Shown in pieces: positions 9,844 to 19,025 of a stretch of 64,000 nucleotides of DNA (within the stretch, counting starts at the first letter, position 1; every line of letters starts with the position of its first letter). The notes under the pieces were generated by a model. The model was given only the letters and a program-made list of their open reading frames with translations, searched no databases and was not told the DNA's origin. The position numbers and the translations under genes are program-made. The stretch lies in the IMG/VR virus record IMGVR_UViG_3300020450_001133; one strand, written 5' to 3'. Origin of the DNA: a virus (taxonomy: Duplodnaviria; Caudoviricetes).

Positions 9844-10964
9844 CTGGCTACGGCTCTATCAGCCATTCTACGCCAATTACTTCCATCATAGAATACAACA
9901 GTTGACCCACCAGTTTCATCTGTGCAAAGTGCTAAGTCACCTGCTACTGTGTCAGGTAATGTTGCTACTGTATAACTTGGTAGTTGTGGCAAACCCGAAT
10001 CTCTAAATATAAATCCATGGTCATTAGATGTATTGCCAGTATTTGCTACTGTACCAAAGTCGCTTGTGAGTGTTGCTGATGTGGTTATTACATCATAATC
10101 TGTAAGTGACCCAAAGGACAATGCTGTAACTTTATCTACATTAGTTGTACTTGCACTGGTACCTGCCCAACTAATTACACCTGTTGAACTATTATATGAT
10201 AGTTCATCTCCTGCACTAGAACCATCAGTTACACTGATAGCCGCCCTTGCTCTTGGATTGGTAAAATATAAATTACTTGAACCTTCTCCAACACTATCTG
10301 AACTTAGTCCTGTAACAGTTGCTCCTGTTACTGTAAGTGTTCCACCACTAGATATAGTTGCACCATTAGTAAATGTTTTAACTCCAGCCATTGTTTCTGC
10401 ACCTGTTGTGTGCATAATGACAGTACTGTTTGCTATTTCAGTACCAATAAAGTCTGATATTCTACCTGTTGTTGCTAGTTCACTATCGTTATCGTTCCAT
10501 ACTTCACCAGTTGCAACATAGGCTGTACCAACTAAATCATCTACATCAATTGCACCAGACAGTACCAAATTACCACTTGCATTAGGTAATTTAATAGTGT
10601 TATCAGCAGTTGGTTCTACAGTTGTAAGAGTTGTTTCATGTGCATCAGCAGATGCTCCTTCAAACACAAATGCATTTTGAATTTCTACTGATGTTGAATT
10701 AACTGTGGTTTGAGTTCCTTGGACAGTTAGGTTACCTGTAATAGTTACGTCACCAAAGTTCTCAGTGATTATTTTATTCCAAGTTACACTATCACCGCTC
10801 TTGGTTGCTATTTTGGTTTCATTGTTTGATATATCAAACCAAAGGTCACCGGTATTACATTCCGATGCTGTCGGTGTTGCTGTTGCGCCAAAGATTTTAT
10901 TTCCACGTTTTCCAATCTGGAAAACAGAACTTTGTGTACCTTTGGCATTCATAAAGACTGCCAT
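9840..10964 (-). CDS. virion fibre/decoration protein
   Basis: Thr/Ser/Gly-rich; N-terminal motif and TTVNST module shared with the 20116-23358 protein; C-terminal FYDGSNWRR; late motif at 11027-11034. Confidence 0.7.
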   Translation of the reverse strand: MAVFMNAKGTQSSVFQIGKRGNKIFGATATPTASECNTGDLWFDISNNETKIATKSGDSVTWNKIITENFGDVTITGNLTVQGTQTTVNSTSVEIQNAFVFEGASADAHETTLTTVEPTADNTIKLPNASGNLVLSGAIDVDDLVGTAYVATGEVWNDNDSELATTGRISDFIGTEIANSTVIMHTTGAETMAGVKTFTNGATISSGGTLTVTGATVTGLSSDSVGEGSSNLYFTNPRARAAISVTDGSSAGDELSYNSSTGVISWAGTSASTTNVDKVTALSFGSLTDYDVITTSATLTSDFGTVANTGNTSNDHGFIFRDSGLPQLPSYTVATLPDTVAGDLALCTDETGGSTVVFYDGSNWRRMADRAVAS

Positions 10965-11025
10965 GTATTATATCCTCTATCAGTTAATAAACTGTCTAGG
11001 ATTACTCCTAGTTAAAGTTATAATA

Positions 11026-11742
11026 CTATTTATCTTCTTTGGAAGGAAAAGATACCCTATTCAAAAAGGTTTCTTTACATTTAGAAAACTTAGAAACTTC
11101 TTGGCTTTTAACATATCCAGAGAAAGCAATTTGCTCACCTTCTTTAAACATATCCTTAGAAGCACCTGCTCTATAAAGGTCATAGAAGAACTTAATGATG
11201 TTATCATCTTCAGTAAGAACTGCAACCAACATACTGTTACTTCTGTTCATATACCTAGCCATCACAATCTCGCCTTCGAAAGAACCTCTCTTTTTGAGTT
11301 CACCTACAAATTCAGAAACTTTTCTAAGAGCCCTTTCTCTGTCTGCCCAATCATCATGCTTGGTATTGTTTCTATAAACATTAGGCAAAGAACCAACGAT
11401 AGGTAACCTATCATCTCTACCAGACAAACTGATATCATCTGCTTTAATAAGAGCAGTAATTTTGTTTTCAAAATCAGACAAGTCTCTAGTCATTGCCTTA
11501 AAAATAAGACCTTCGAAATACTCTATGATTTCATCAGCCATTTCAAAGTGGCTGTCAGTCAATTTCATTGGTGAATCTTTTGGAGTGTGAAGTAATTGCA
11601 ACATCAACTTAAAGTTGGATTCAATACCTTTATCTCTATCTGTTTCATGAGATTTAATGTATTTTCCACCTTGAAATTCATCAACTGCTACTGCGTGAGC
11701 AATCAATTCTTTTCCTGTGTAAAGTCTTTTTTGTGGTTTCAT
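11026..11742 (-). CDS. hypothetical protein (238 aa)
   Basis: AGGAG SD; TTGACT-17-TATTAT promoter at 11770-11798. Confidence 0.75.
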   Translation of the reverse strand: MKPQKRLYTGKELIAHAVAVDEFQGGKYIKSHETDRDKGIESNFKLMLQLLHTPKDSPMKLTDSHFEMADEIIEYFEGLIFKAMTRDLSDFENKITALIKADDISLSGRDDRLPIVGSLPNVYRNNTKHDDWADRERALRKVSEFVGELKKRGSFEGEIVMARYMNRSNSMLVAVLTEDDNIIKFFYDLYRAGASKDMFKEGEQIAFSGYVKSQEVSKFSKCKETFLNRVSFPSKEDK

Positions 11743-11821
11743 CCGTTATCTCCTGTTCCTACATTATATATAATAGCAAAAACCAGGTCGCAAGTCAACC
11801 TTTTTTTCCAGTTTTTTTGGA

Positions 11822-12016
11822 CTAATTTAGTATGTTTGACCAAAGAAGTACTGACACATCAAATGCAAATGCCAGCATGAATATGGCAAGTGGTATAAGA
11901 AAGAAACATGCAATTATGAACAAAGACACTTTTGCTAAGAATCCTATAATACTTCCGCCAAATTTGAATGCAATAAAAATTAATGCACAAAGTCCTATAA
12001 AAGATAATATATCCAT
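11822..12016 (-). CDS. small hydrophobic membrane protein
   Basis: 64 aa, almost entirely hydrophobic. Confidence 0.6.
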   Translation of the reverse strand: MDILSFIGLCALIFIAFKFGGSIIGFLAKVSLFIIACFFLIPLAIFMLAFAFDVSVLLWSNILN

Positions 12017-12019
12017 TGT

Positions 12020-12628
12020 TTAATATCCTGATGGTATAACTTGATTGTTTATAATATAATTATAAACGTCTTCCCAATTCTTAGCAACCATGCCATCAAC
12101 TTTTATGTTCATGTTATGACCATGTTCAATAAGAATCCCCTTAAAGCCTACTTTTACACCTGCATGTAAATTGGCTGGCTTGTCTTCTATCCAGTAACAG
12201 CCTTTGTATTTTTTAGCAAGTCTTTCTAGTGCTTCGTCTTTATCAGCACCTGTGTCTAAACAAATAACTTTACTGAATGCATCTCCCATAAGTTTTTTAA
12301 GATTCCTTTCTCTTAAAGCATGAGCATAAGGATCTAAACTTAAACTTGTTAATGCAATAAACTTGTATCTATGTTGTTCGTGTAACTTCTTAATAAAAAA
12401 TTGTGCATCTCTCAATGGTGGGAGAAAACCTATTGCGGCACTTTCATTGAAAGTCTTAACCATTTGGTTTCCTTGTTGATGCGTTAGTCCGTATCTATCT
12501 CCAATACTATATTGGAATTGATAGCCTTCTACTTTTTCGTGTCCATGGTGTTCTGCCCAAACACTAAATCCTTCTTCCCAATCTAGGACACATCCATCAA
12601 TATCCGTTATAATAAATTTTTGTTTCAT
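12020..12628 (-). CDS. HAD-superfamily phosphatase / 5'-nucleotidase-like
   Basis: DIDGCV motif I and WIEDKPAN motif. Confidence 0.8.
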   Translation of the reverse strand: MKQKFIITDIDGCVLDWEEGFSVWAEHHGHEKVEGYQFQYSIGDRYGLTHQQGNQMVKTFNESAAIGFLPPLRDAQFFIKKLHEQHRYKFIALTSLSLDPYAHALRERNLKKLMGDAFSKVICLDTGADKDEALERLAKKYKGCYWIEDKPANLHAGVKVGFKGILIEHGHNMNIKVDGMVAKNWEDVYNYIINNQVIPSGY

Positions 12629-12634
12629 GCTGTA

Positions 12635-12663
12635 ATTATACCGGATTTTTCGGCTGATGTCAA
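12635..12663 (-). promoter_or_regulatory. sigma70 promoter, predicted leaderless
   Basis: Perfect TTGACA-17-TATAAT; 6 nt between -10 and ATG at 12628, no SD. Confidence 0.8.
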
Positions 12664-13319
12664 GAACTTTTGTTCTTATTACTTCTAACTATATGTTTTA
12701 AAACATTTCTAGTTGCTACTTGAAAGTGGTTTTGCATTTCATTTACGTCTGTGAAGTTGCAATTCACAACCTGTTCTACTATATGATATGGCTTTTTATC
12801 TATTAAATCTATTAATAAATGTGCCGCTTCTTCTTGTTCAATCATATTATCTGCATTAACTTCTTTAGTAGTTTTAGTTACTAAAGGAGTATCTACAAAA
12901 CCAAAACTTATATTATATAATCTAGTTTTATTATTCCAAGGATAATTGAAACTGCTTTTGATACAAAACTCAGACATGTTTTTCTTATCATTAATATAAT
13001 CACTTTCTTGGTCACCTAGCATTTCACCTAAGTATCCTGATATAGAACCTGTGTTTATAATAACTTTTTCTTTATTAGACCATTCGGTGTATAAGGTTTC
13101 ACATATCTTATTTTGTATTTGGGGATAGTATGCGTTGTTGAATAGTACATCAGGATCATAGTCAATTAATTCTTGTATTATTAATTCACCATCATCCTGT
13201 GCTATGTTCCAGCCATTGGACTTTGAGTATCCTTTTATTTCATAACTGGTGGTTAGTGATAGTATAGTGTCAACTGCTCTACCAATACCACTGGAGTGTC
13301 CAGTAATGGCTATCTTCAT
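12660..13319 (-). CDS. short-chain dehydrogenase/reductase (FabG-like SDR)
   Basis: TGHSSGIG, FNNA, NTGS and YxxxK (YINDK) motifs. Confidence 0.8.
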   Translation of the reverse strand: MKIAITGHSSGIGRAVDTILSLTTSYEIKGYSKSNGWNIAQDDGELIIQELIDYDPDVLFNNAYYPQIQNKICETLYTEWSNKEKVIINTGSISGYLGEMLGDQESDYINDKKNMSEFCIKSSFNYPWNNKTRLYNISFGFVDTPLVTKTTKEVNADNMIEQEEAAHLLIDLIDKKPYHIVEQVVNCNFTDVNEMQNHFQVATRNVLKHIVRSNKNKSS

Positions 13320-13642
13320 TCGAAGTGTTTTCCTAACATTGAACCCACTTTGTCTCCAACGGACTCTTCAACTTTACTTACATCTACTACAATAGTAATC
13401 TGTTTTACTTTCTGAAATGCTTGTATAAGTTGTTGCCAGGTTTTGTTAGGTGCAGTAGGCAGTGGGTGTTCTAACTCCCTGGTATCGAGTTGTGCTTTTG
13501 AGCCGTCAACAAACTCGAGAACAACTTGTTCGATTAAATCAATTGGTATTTCCTGAGGGAATACCTGTCGAAGTAATTTCTCAAACTCATTATTTTTACT
13601 CTGTTTTGCGACTAATACAATCTTTACGTCGTGAGTCGACAC
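13316..13642 (-). CDS. hypothetical protein
   Basis: 108 aa, GTG start after AGGAG. Confidence 0.65.
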   Translation of the reverse strand: MSTHDVKIVLVAKQSKNNEFEKLLRQVFPQEIPIDLIEQVVLEFVDGSKAQLDTRELEHPLPTAPNKTWQQLIQAFQKVKQITIVVDVSKVEESVGDKVGSMLGKHFE

Positions 13643-13706
13643 CTTTTTATCTCCTACTATTAGGTTTTAATATAACCTTCTGTTATATTACTTATCTGTT
13701 TTAGAC

Positions 13707-14315
13707 TTATACGTCTAATGATGCACTTTTTGGAGGTCTGCCTGGACCTTTCTTAGGTTTAAGTTCAGGAGCAAGTTTATATGCTTCTTCTTCTTTACTG
13801 TCTGCATCGCCTAATAGTACCTTAGCATCTTCTCTTAGAAGTGATGCCTGAGATAATAAGTTTTGAGCAACTTGGTTACCATCTTCTGCTTCATCAACAG
13901 GAACATCGCCTTGTGATAAGTTCTCAACATTTTGTTCAGTAACTAAAGGTGGGTTAGAACCTGTTTCAATTTTTGATAGTTCAGCATTTACTTCTGCTAA
14001 CTCTACTGATTGATTAGGAGCAGGAGTAAGTTTAACCATGTCCACTGGAACTTTAGTAAGTTTACCTCTGGTGTGTAATGCTTCTAGCATGTTTTCACCA
14101 TCTGTAAGTCTACGTCTAAAGAACACTTCGCTCACATTGTTTGATTCTTGTCCTTCAGGACTATCAACAACTGACATAATGTCATCATGGAATTGTCCTT
14201 CTAGTGAATCACTGATTACTATTAATGCTTGGTCGACTTCATCTGGTACTTCCCTGAATACAACTACGCAAGGTTTGTCACCATATAAGCCTACATGTTT
14301 TGTCATCTCTGCCAT
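13707..14315 (-). CDS. hypothetical protein
   Basis: 202 aa, acidic, basic C-terminal tail. Confidence 0.75.
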   Translation of the reverse strand: MAEMTKHVGLYGDKPCVVVFREVPDEVDQALIVISDSLEGQFHDDIMSVVDSPEGQESNNVSEVFFRRRLTDGENMLEALHTRGKLTKVPVDMVKLTPAPNQSVELAEVNAELSKIETGSNPPLVTEQNVENLSQGDVPVDEAEDGNQVAQNLLSQASLLREDAKVLLGDADSKEEEAYKLAPELKPKKGPGRPPKSASLDV

Positions 14316-14623
14316 TATTTTTCTCCGTCCTGAGCCTCGTCATCACTCACTGGTGCTTCTTCGGACTCTGCCGCCGCTTTTGCGGCTTCTTGTTGTTCTT
14401 TAACATTGTTTAAGAACGTTGCTAATTTATCGTAAAGTTGTCCTACTGTGGACATCTCTCCGCCTCTGAATGCTCCTCTTTGTGATGCTAAATCAATTAT
14501 CTGAGCAATTTGATCCAGTTCCCTAAGAGTAATACTTTCCACATTACCTGCTTCTGGTCCGCCAGTTTGGTCCTGTGTAAAGCCTTCAGAAATTTCTTCG
14601 TTGTTTGATACTTCTTCTGCCAT
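14315..14623 (-). CDS. hypothetical acidic protein (likely start 14623)
   Basis: GGAG SD before ATG 14623; TATAAATA at 14677-14684. Confidence 0.7.
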   Translation of the reverse strand: MAEEVSNNEEISEGFTQDQTGGPEAGNVESITLRELDQIAQIIDLASQRGAFRGGEMSTVGQLYDKLATFLNNVKEQQEAAKAAAESEEAPVSDDEAQDGEK

Positions 14624-14721
14624 TTTGTTTTTTGCTCCAATTAAAAATATATTTTGTAATATCAAAATTACACAATTATTTATAGTATGCTTTAATTGGA
14701 TATTAAATTCTTGGCTAGAAT

Positions 14722-15459
14722 TTATTTGAATTCAACACTATTAAGAACCAAACCGTCATTGTCAAGAACTACGCCTGAAACAAATCCACCTTTACCTGCA
14801 CCTGTGTCTGTGAAGTAAACTGTACCACCTTGGTCATTAGTTGATTCAACTATTTGATTAATGTTACTTTCAAAAGCAGGTACTTCATGAAAAGGACTTC
14901 TATCATGTCCAACAATTACTGTCTTATCTGCAGGAATAGAATCAACCCAAGCATAAGTTCTAGCAGGATATTGTTGTCCATTCCATTCAACAAATGGCTT
15001 AGACTTATCTATCTCTCCATACAACCTTGCTCTTTCATGCTTCTTAACATCTACATCATCAGTCCAATATGAAGAAGTAAATGCACCATGGGTAATATGA
15101 GTATCACCTATAACCAATAAAGGTAACATGTTCTCATAGATGCTTTTAAACATATCGGAAACTTTGTTGTGCTTCAATGCTTCTATAGTAGAAACCATAC
15201 CATGTGAAATAGTCACATCATTACCTAACAAGTATCTGTTAATCTTGTTATCATGATTACCTTCTATAAAAATAGCATTATGATTGTTCATCAAATTGTA
15301 TGCCATGTGGATTGTTTCTGCTGGATTAGGACCATAGTCAACTAAGTCTCCAACAAATACCATTCTGAGTTCATTGTGCAAGGCATAGTCAATAGCATGT
15401 CCTAACAAGTGTGACTCGTTGTGTACATCTCCAATAATGATATAGCCTTTGTGCATCAA
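14722..15459 (-). CDS. calcineurin-like metallophosphoesterase
   Basis: GDVHN, GDLVDYGP, GNHD, THG, VGHD and DTG motifs. Confidence 0.9.
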   Translation of the reverse strand: MMHKGYIIIGDVHNESHLLGHAIDYALHNELRMVFVGDLVDYGPNPAETIHMAYNLMNNHNAIFIEGNHDNKINRYLLGNDVTISHGMVSTIEALKHNKVSDMFKSIYENMLPLLVIGDTHITHGAFTSSYWTDDVDVKKHERARLYGEIDKSKPFVEWNGQQYPARTYAWVDSIPADKTVIVGHDRSPFHEVPAFESNINQIVESTNDQGGTVYFTDTGAGKGGFVSGVVLDNDGLVLNSVEFK

Positions 15460-15480
15460 ATACTCCTACAGTATCTATAT

Positions 15481-15508
15481 ATTATAGCACCAAACGGGCC
15501 AAAGTCAA
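15481..15508 (-). promoter_or_regulatory. sigma70-type promoter with extended -10
   Basis: TTGACT-16-TATAAT with TG one base before the -10. Confidence 0.65.
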
Positions 15509-15570
15509 CCTATTTTTCTGGTCAATTTGCCCTATTAAAACGTGTTTTAACTGTGGTACTAGTGTGTAGT

Positions 15571-15613
15571 TGAGCGTCTAATTCGTGCTTATATGACGTC
15601 TATGAGCGTCTAA
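15571..15613. repeat. 11-bp direct repeat TGAGCGTCTAA x2
   Basis: Copies at 15571-15581 and 15603-15613 in an intergenic gap. Confidence 0.6.
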
Positions 15614-15621
15614 AACACCAA

Positions 15622-15912
15622 TTATTTGAACTCTTCTTGGATATTTATCGTGTTTACAGGAGGTGCTTCTGCTAAAGGTGTATCCAAGTGTGCATGGATT
15701 CTAGCAATATCTTCCTTTGATTCAAAGTAAATTATCCATTGATTGCCCATGTCTTTAATAACACAATACTGTCCTAATGAATTATCATACAACCATTCAC
15801 AAATATCAAAATCATCAGTAACAAATTTGTTACTAATCATATGTGCAAATTTATCTGTACCTGCTAATGCAGTGAATTCAGATTCAGTAAGTTTATTAAA
15901 TCGTTTGAACAT
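15622..15912 (-). CDS. hypothetical protein
   Basis: 96 aa, start overlaps the upstream stop. Confidence 0.7.
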   Translation of the reverse strand: MFKRFNKLTESEFTALAGTDKFAHMISNKFVTDDFDICEWLYDNSLGQYCVIKDMGNQWIIYFESKEDIARIHAHLDTPLAEAPPVNTINIQEEFK

Positions 15913-17258
15913 TATTCATCTCCAGGCTTTCTATCATATTGTACGGTTGTACCGAAAGGTGCAACAGGTGACCTTCCACCATACCCACCACCGTGAACAA
16001 TAAACAAAGTATCACAGTAGTTTTCATCTCCCCAACTATCCCAAGGATAACCATCTGTAAACATAACAAACTTCTTAGGCTGTATGCCTTGTTCTTTCAT
16101 GTAATCGAAACAACAATCAAAGTCAGTACCACCGCCACCAGCAGGTTCGTAGTCTAAGAACTCGTCCATGTTGTGTTCAGTAAACTCTTGTGGATTATGA
16201 ACTTCAGTATCAAAACAGAACAAGTGTATTTTAAAGTCTGTGTATTGATCCATAATACCTTTTGTTTCTGTTAAGATATCAATCAACATAGGATCACTCA
16301 TTGAACCTGATGTATCAATAGCCATTGCAATATCAATTGTGTTCTCTCTGTCCATACCAGGCAAGTAGTAACCTTCGTCTCTACCTTTCCTGCTTGGAGT
16401 AGACATTGTGTAATCACTCTTAAAAGTTGATTGTATTTCTTGTGGCAACAACTCTCTCCAACTTAACTGTGGATTAGTCATTTGGTCAACTAGGCGTTTA
16501 ACACCACTTGGTAAGTTACCAGCACCAGCCGACTTAGCCGCCTGGATAGTTGCGTTCTTAAAGTTCTGCTGAATCTCTTTCTTTTCTTCAGCAGTATATC
16601 TTACTGGACCTTTGCTACCATCATTATCATCTTCTGTATTGCCTTCAGGTCCATTACCATCAGCATCATCATCACTAGTGTCCATATCAATATGAACATC
16701 TAATGTAGACTGTTGAAATACTCTACCTTCCTCTTCAGCCTGTTTGAACAAGTCATCATAAACTTCTTCAGACATCCATCCACGATATTTGTAATCGTGT
16801 AGTATTTCAACAAGTGTAATTCTGTCACCTACATTTTGTTCAATCAAATCACTATTAACAACATAGTCATTTGCAAAGTTCCAAAGCATAGGATCTCTAT
16901 CTCCCCTACGACCAAAGTGGTCATAAACACAATGCTCTACTTCATGTCCCCAAAGGAAAACTAACTCGCCCTGCTTAAGAGCATCTACGAAATGTCTATT
17001 GTAATAAAAGTATTTGCCATCAGTTGCGGCAGTTGGGCACCAGTCAGTTGCGTCTTTCATTTCTAAACGACAAGCAAGGTTACCATAGAAAGGACAGTTT
17101 AGTAGCATAGAAATTCTAGCACTAATAAGACGGTCTTCAATTTCTTGTTTAGTCTTAGTAGTTTCTGGAATAGTATCTAGAGCCTTATGAGCAGTATCCT
17201 TTGGATTACTAGACTGCTTAGGATTCTTTACTGCCTGTTCTAAAATGTTTTCTTTCAC
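15912..17258 (-). CDS. putative metallopeptidase + vWA domain protein
   Basis: HEVEH (HExxH), acidic linker, vWA MIDAS DTSGS, GGGTDF and FTDG motifs; GTG start after AGGAG. Confidence 0.85.
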   Translation of the reverse strand: MKENILEQAVKNPKQSSNPKDTAHKALDTIPETTKTKQEIEDRLISARISMLLNCPFYGNLACRLEMKDATDWCPTAATDGKYFYYNRHFVDALKQGELVFLWGHEVEHCVYDHFGRRGDRDPMLWNFANDYVVNSDLIEQNVGDRITLVEILHDYKYRGWMSEEVYDDLFKQAEEEGRVFQQSTLDVHIDMDTSDDDADGNGPEGNTEDDNDGSKGPVRYTAEEKKEIQQNFKNATIQAAKSAGAGNLPSGVKRLVDQMTNPQLSWRELLPQEIQSTFKSDYTMSTPSRKGRDEGYYLPGMDRENTIDIAMAIDTSGSMSDPMLIDILTETKGIMDQYTDFKIHLFCFDTEVHNPQEFTEHNMDEFLDYEPAGGGGTDFDCCFDYMKEQGIQPKKFVMFTDGYPWDSWGDENYCDTLFIVHGGGYGGRSPVAPFGTTVQYDRKPGDE

Positions 17259-17286
17259 GTTGTCATACTCCTTACAATATACTTAT

Positions 17287-17314
17287 ATTATACTTCTTTT
17301 ACGGGCAAAGTCAA
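17287..17314 (-). promoter_or_regulatory. sigma70-type early promoter
   Basis: TTGACT-16-TATAAT. Confidence 0.65.
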
Positions 17315-17359
17315 CCTTTTTTTCTGGCATATTTACATAAATATTACTATGCAATAGCC

Positions 17360-17390
17360 AAAAAAAACCCCCTCCGAAGAGGGGGAAAAA
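17360..17390 (-). terminator. rho-independent terminator
   Basis: 7-bp CCCCCTC/GAGGGGG stem, C(UUCG)G loop on minus strand, U8 tail. Confidence 0.9.
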
Positions 17391-17476
17391 CTGTTGTCGT
17401 CGTAGGTTGTAGGAGTAACGATGTGCCTTTTTATAAAGGCAGGATACAACAACGGTTTTTAACTGTTTGAAGTAAC

Positions 17477-18571
17477 CTATTCAGTTGGGAATAGGTACTT
17501 CCAATACTTCTCCTTGAACTCTTTCTTACCAGCCAACTTACGAGGTTTAATATCTATATCGTGGTCAGCCAATACAGTCTTAGCAGAGTATATTACTAAC
17601 TCAGGCTCAAAGTTCTGCATGATGAATTCAAAGAAGTAATCAACTCCTTCATCAAATGCTTCTTCACTTCCATTATCAGAAAGTTCTGCAAGTTCATAAC
17701 ACAATCCTATTGCAAATGAATATTGTGCAGACTTCTCTTTGATGTCTAACTTCTTAACTTTACCATTAAGAACATCTTCTGGATTAGGAAGTTTACTAGC
17801 AATCTTTCTGTGTTCACAGAACTTGATAGCCATTCCTTCACCAATAGCACCGGCAACTTCTGCCTTTTGCTGGAAGTCTGTGGCAGTATCAAAGCCTTCA
17901 GTGTTAAGAATCTCACTAACATAGTTCCAACTTCTTGGAGTAGCAAAAGCCTGACTAGATGTTTTAGGATCAAAGTCAAACAAGTCTGCTTTACTGTATG
18001 TAAGATAACCAATCACATCTTGGTGAACTTTGTTATTGGTTGCCCAAATGCTCCAATCTTCAAAGTTTACTTCCATATTGATGTGTCTGAATCTGTTTGC
18101 CAAAGGACTAGGCATTCTATAAGTAACACCTCGGTCAGTCTCCCTGTTACCTGCGGCAACAATTTTTACATTCTTAGGAAGAATGTATTGACCAATCCTT
18201 TTGTTCAATACTAATTGATAAGCCGCCGCCTGTACACTTGGTGGTGCAGAGTTCAACTCATCTAAGAATAAAACAATAGTGTCATGTGCATCTGCCATTT
18301 CCTGATTAGGAAGGTCGGCAGGTGGTGACCATTCCATTGCATTAGTTTCTGGATTACGGAACGGATAACCTCTAAGGTCGGTTGGTTCCATTAATGCTAG
18401 ACGCAAATCTATCATGTAAGCATTACCTAACTCACCTGAATCAACAATTTGCTGAACTAGTTCTGATTTACCAATTCCAGGAGCACCCCATATAAAAATA
18501 GGTCGCTCTGCCTTCATTGCTCTTAGAACGATGTCATTTGTATCGTTCGGTCTAACTTGTAGTGTGTCCAT
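17477..18571 (-). CDS. MoxR-like AAA+ ATPase
   Basis: Walker A GAPGIGKS, Walker B LFLDE, AAGNR sensor; next to the vWA gene. Confidence 0.9.
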   Translation of the reverse strand: MDTLQVRPNDTNDIVLRAMKAERPIFIWGAPGIGKSELVQQIVDSGELGNAYMIDLRLALMEPTDLRGYPFRNPETNAMEWSPPADLPNQEMADAHDTIVLFLDELNSAPPSVQAAAYQLVLNKRIGQYILPKNVKIVAAGNRETDRGVTYRMPSPLANRFRHINMEVNFEDWSIWATNNKVHQDVIGYLTYSKADLFDFDPKTSSQAFATPRSWNYVSEILNTEGFDTATDFQQKAEVAGAIGEGMAIKFCEHRKIASKLPNPEDVLNGKVKKLDIKEKSAQYSFAIGLCYELAELSDNGSEEAFDEGVDYFFEFIMQNFEPELVIYSAKTVLADHDIDIKPRKLAGKKEFKEKYWKYLFPTE

Positions 18572-18603
18572 ATATTACTCCGTTTTATTAACCTACATAT
18601 ACT

Positions 18604-18631
18604 ATTATACGTCTTTACTCCTTAAAGTCAA
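18604..18631 (-). promoter_or_regulatory. sigma70-type early promoter
   Basis: TTGACT-16-TATAAT. Confidence 0.65.
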
Positions 18632-19025
18632 CCTTTTTTTGCATCTCAATGAATATTTTTTGCATGTTTTTTGAGAGCCACTCTAAGTCTTTGATTTGTA
18701 AAGAACTTTCCATTTTAAACATGTTTCTTTCTATGTATTTTAAGTATTCAAACGTCTTATCTACTAAGGTTTCTGCCTTAAACATACGTTCATCTAACTC
18801 TTCTGGAGTAAAAGTATCCAACAATTCCCAGCCGGTATCCTCAGGCAAAGGGTGTTTTTCTTTTATAAACTGCTCAAAGTCTCTTAATTGTTCTGATGTT
18901 AGTTTACCTGTAAGGTCTTCTATTAGGTCAGGTATTAATTCACTAATGTGTTTTGGTCTGCTTGGAAAAGGAATTACATTATCAGGCGTCTTATCGTCGC
19001 CGTCCTTACCGTTATCTTTTGACAT
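18615..19025 (-). CDS. hypothetical protein
   Basis: 136 aa, NVIPFP motif. Confidence 0.7.
   Translation of the reverse strand: MSKDNGKDGDDKTPDNVIPFPSRPKHISELIPDLIEDLTGKLTSEQLRDFEQFIKEKHPLPEDTGWELLDTFTPEELDERMFKAETLVDKTFEYLKYIERNMFKMESSLQIKDLEWLSKNMQKIFIEMQKKVDFKE

Noticed and set aside
10765-11406. 213-aa plus-strand ORF and similar antisense ORFs across the window
   Set aside because: Fully overlap well-supported minus-strand genes; no recognisable motifs
13668-13690. 9-bp AT-only hairpin TAATATAAC/GTTATATTA
   Set aside because: Weak, has no U tail, and is expected by chance in AT-rich intergenic DNA
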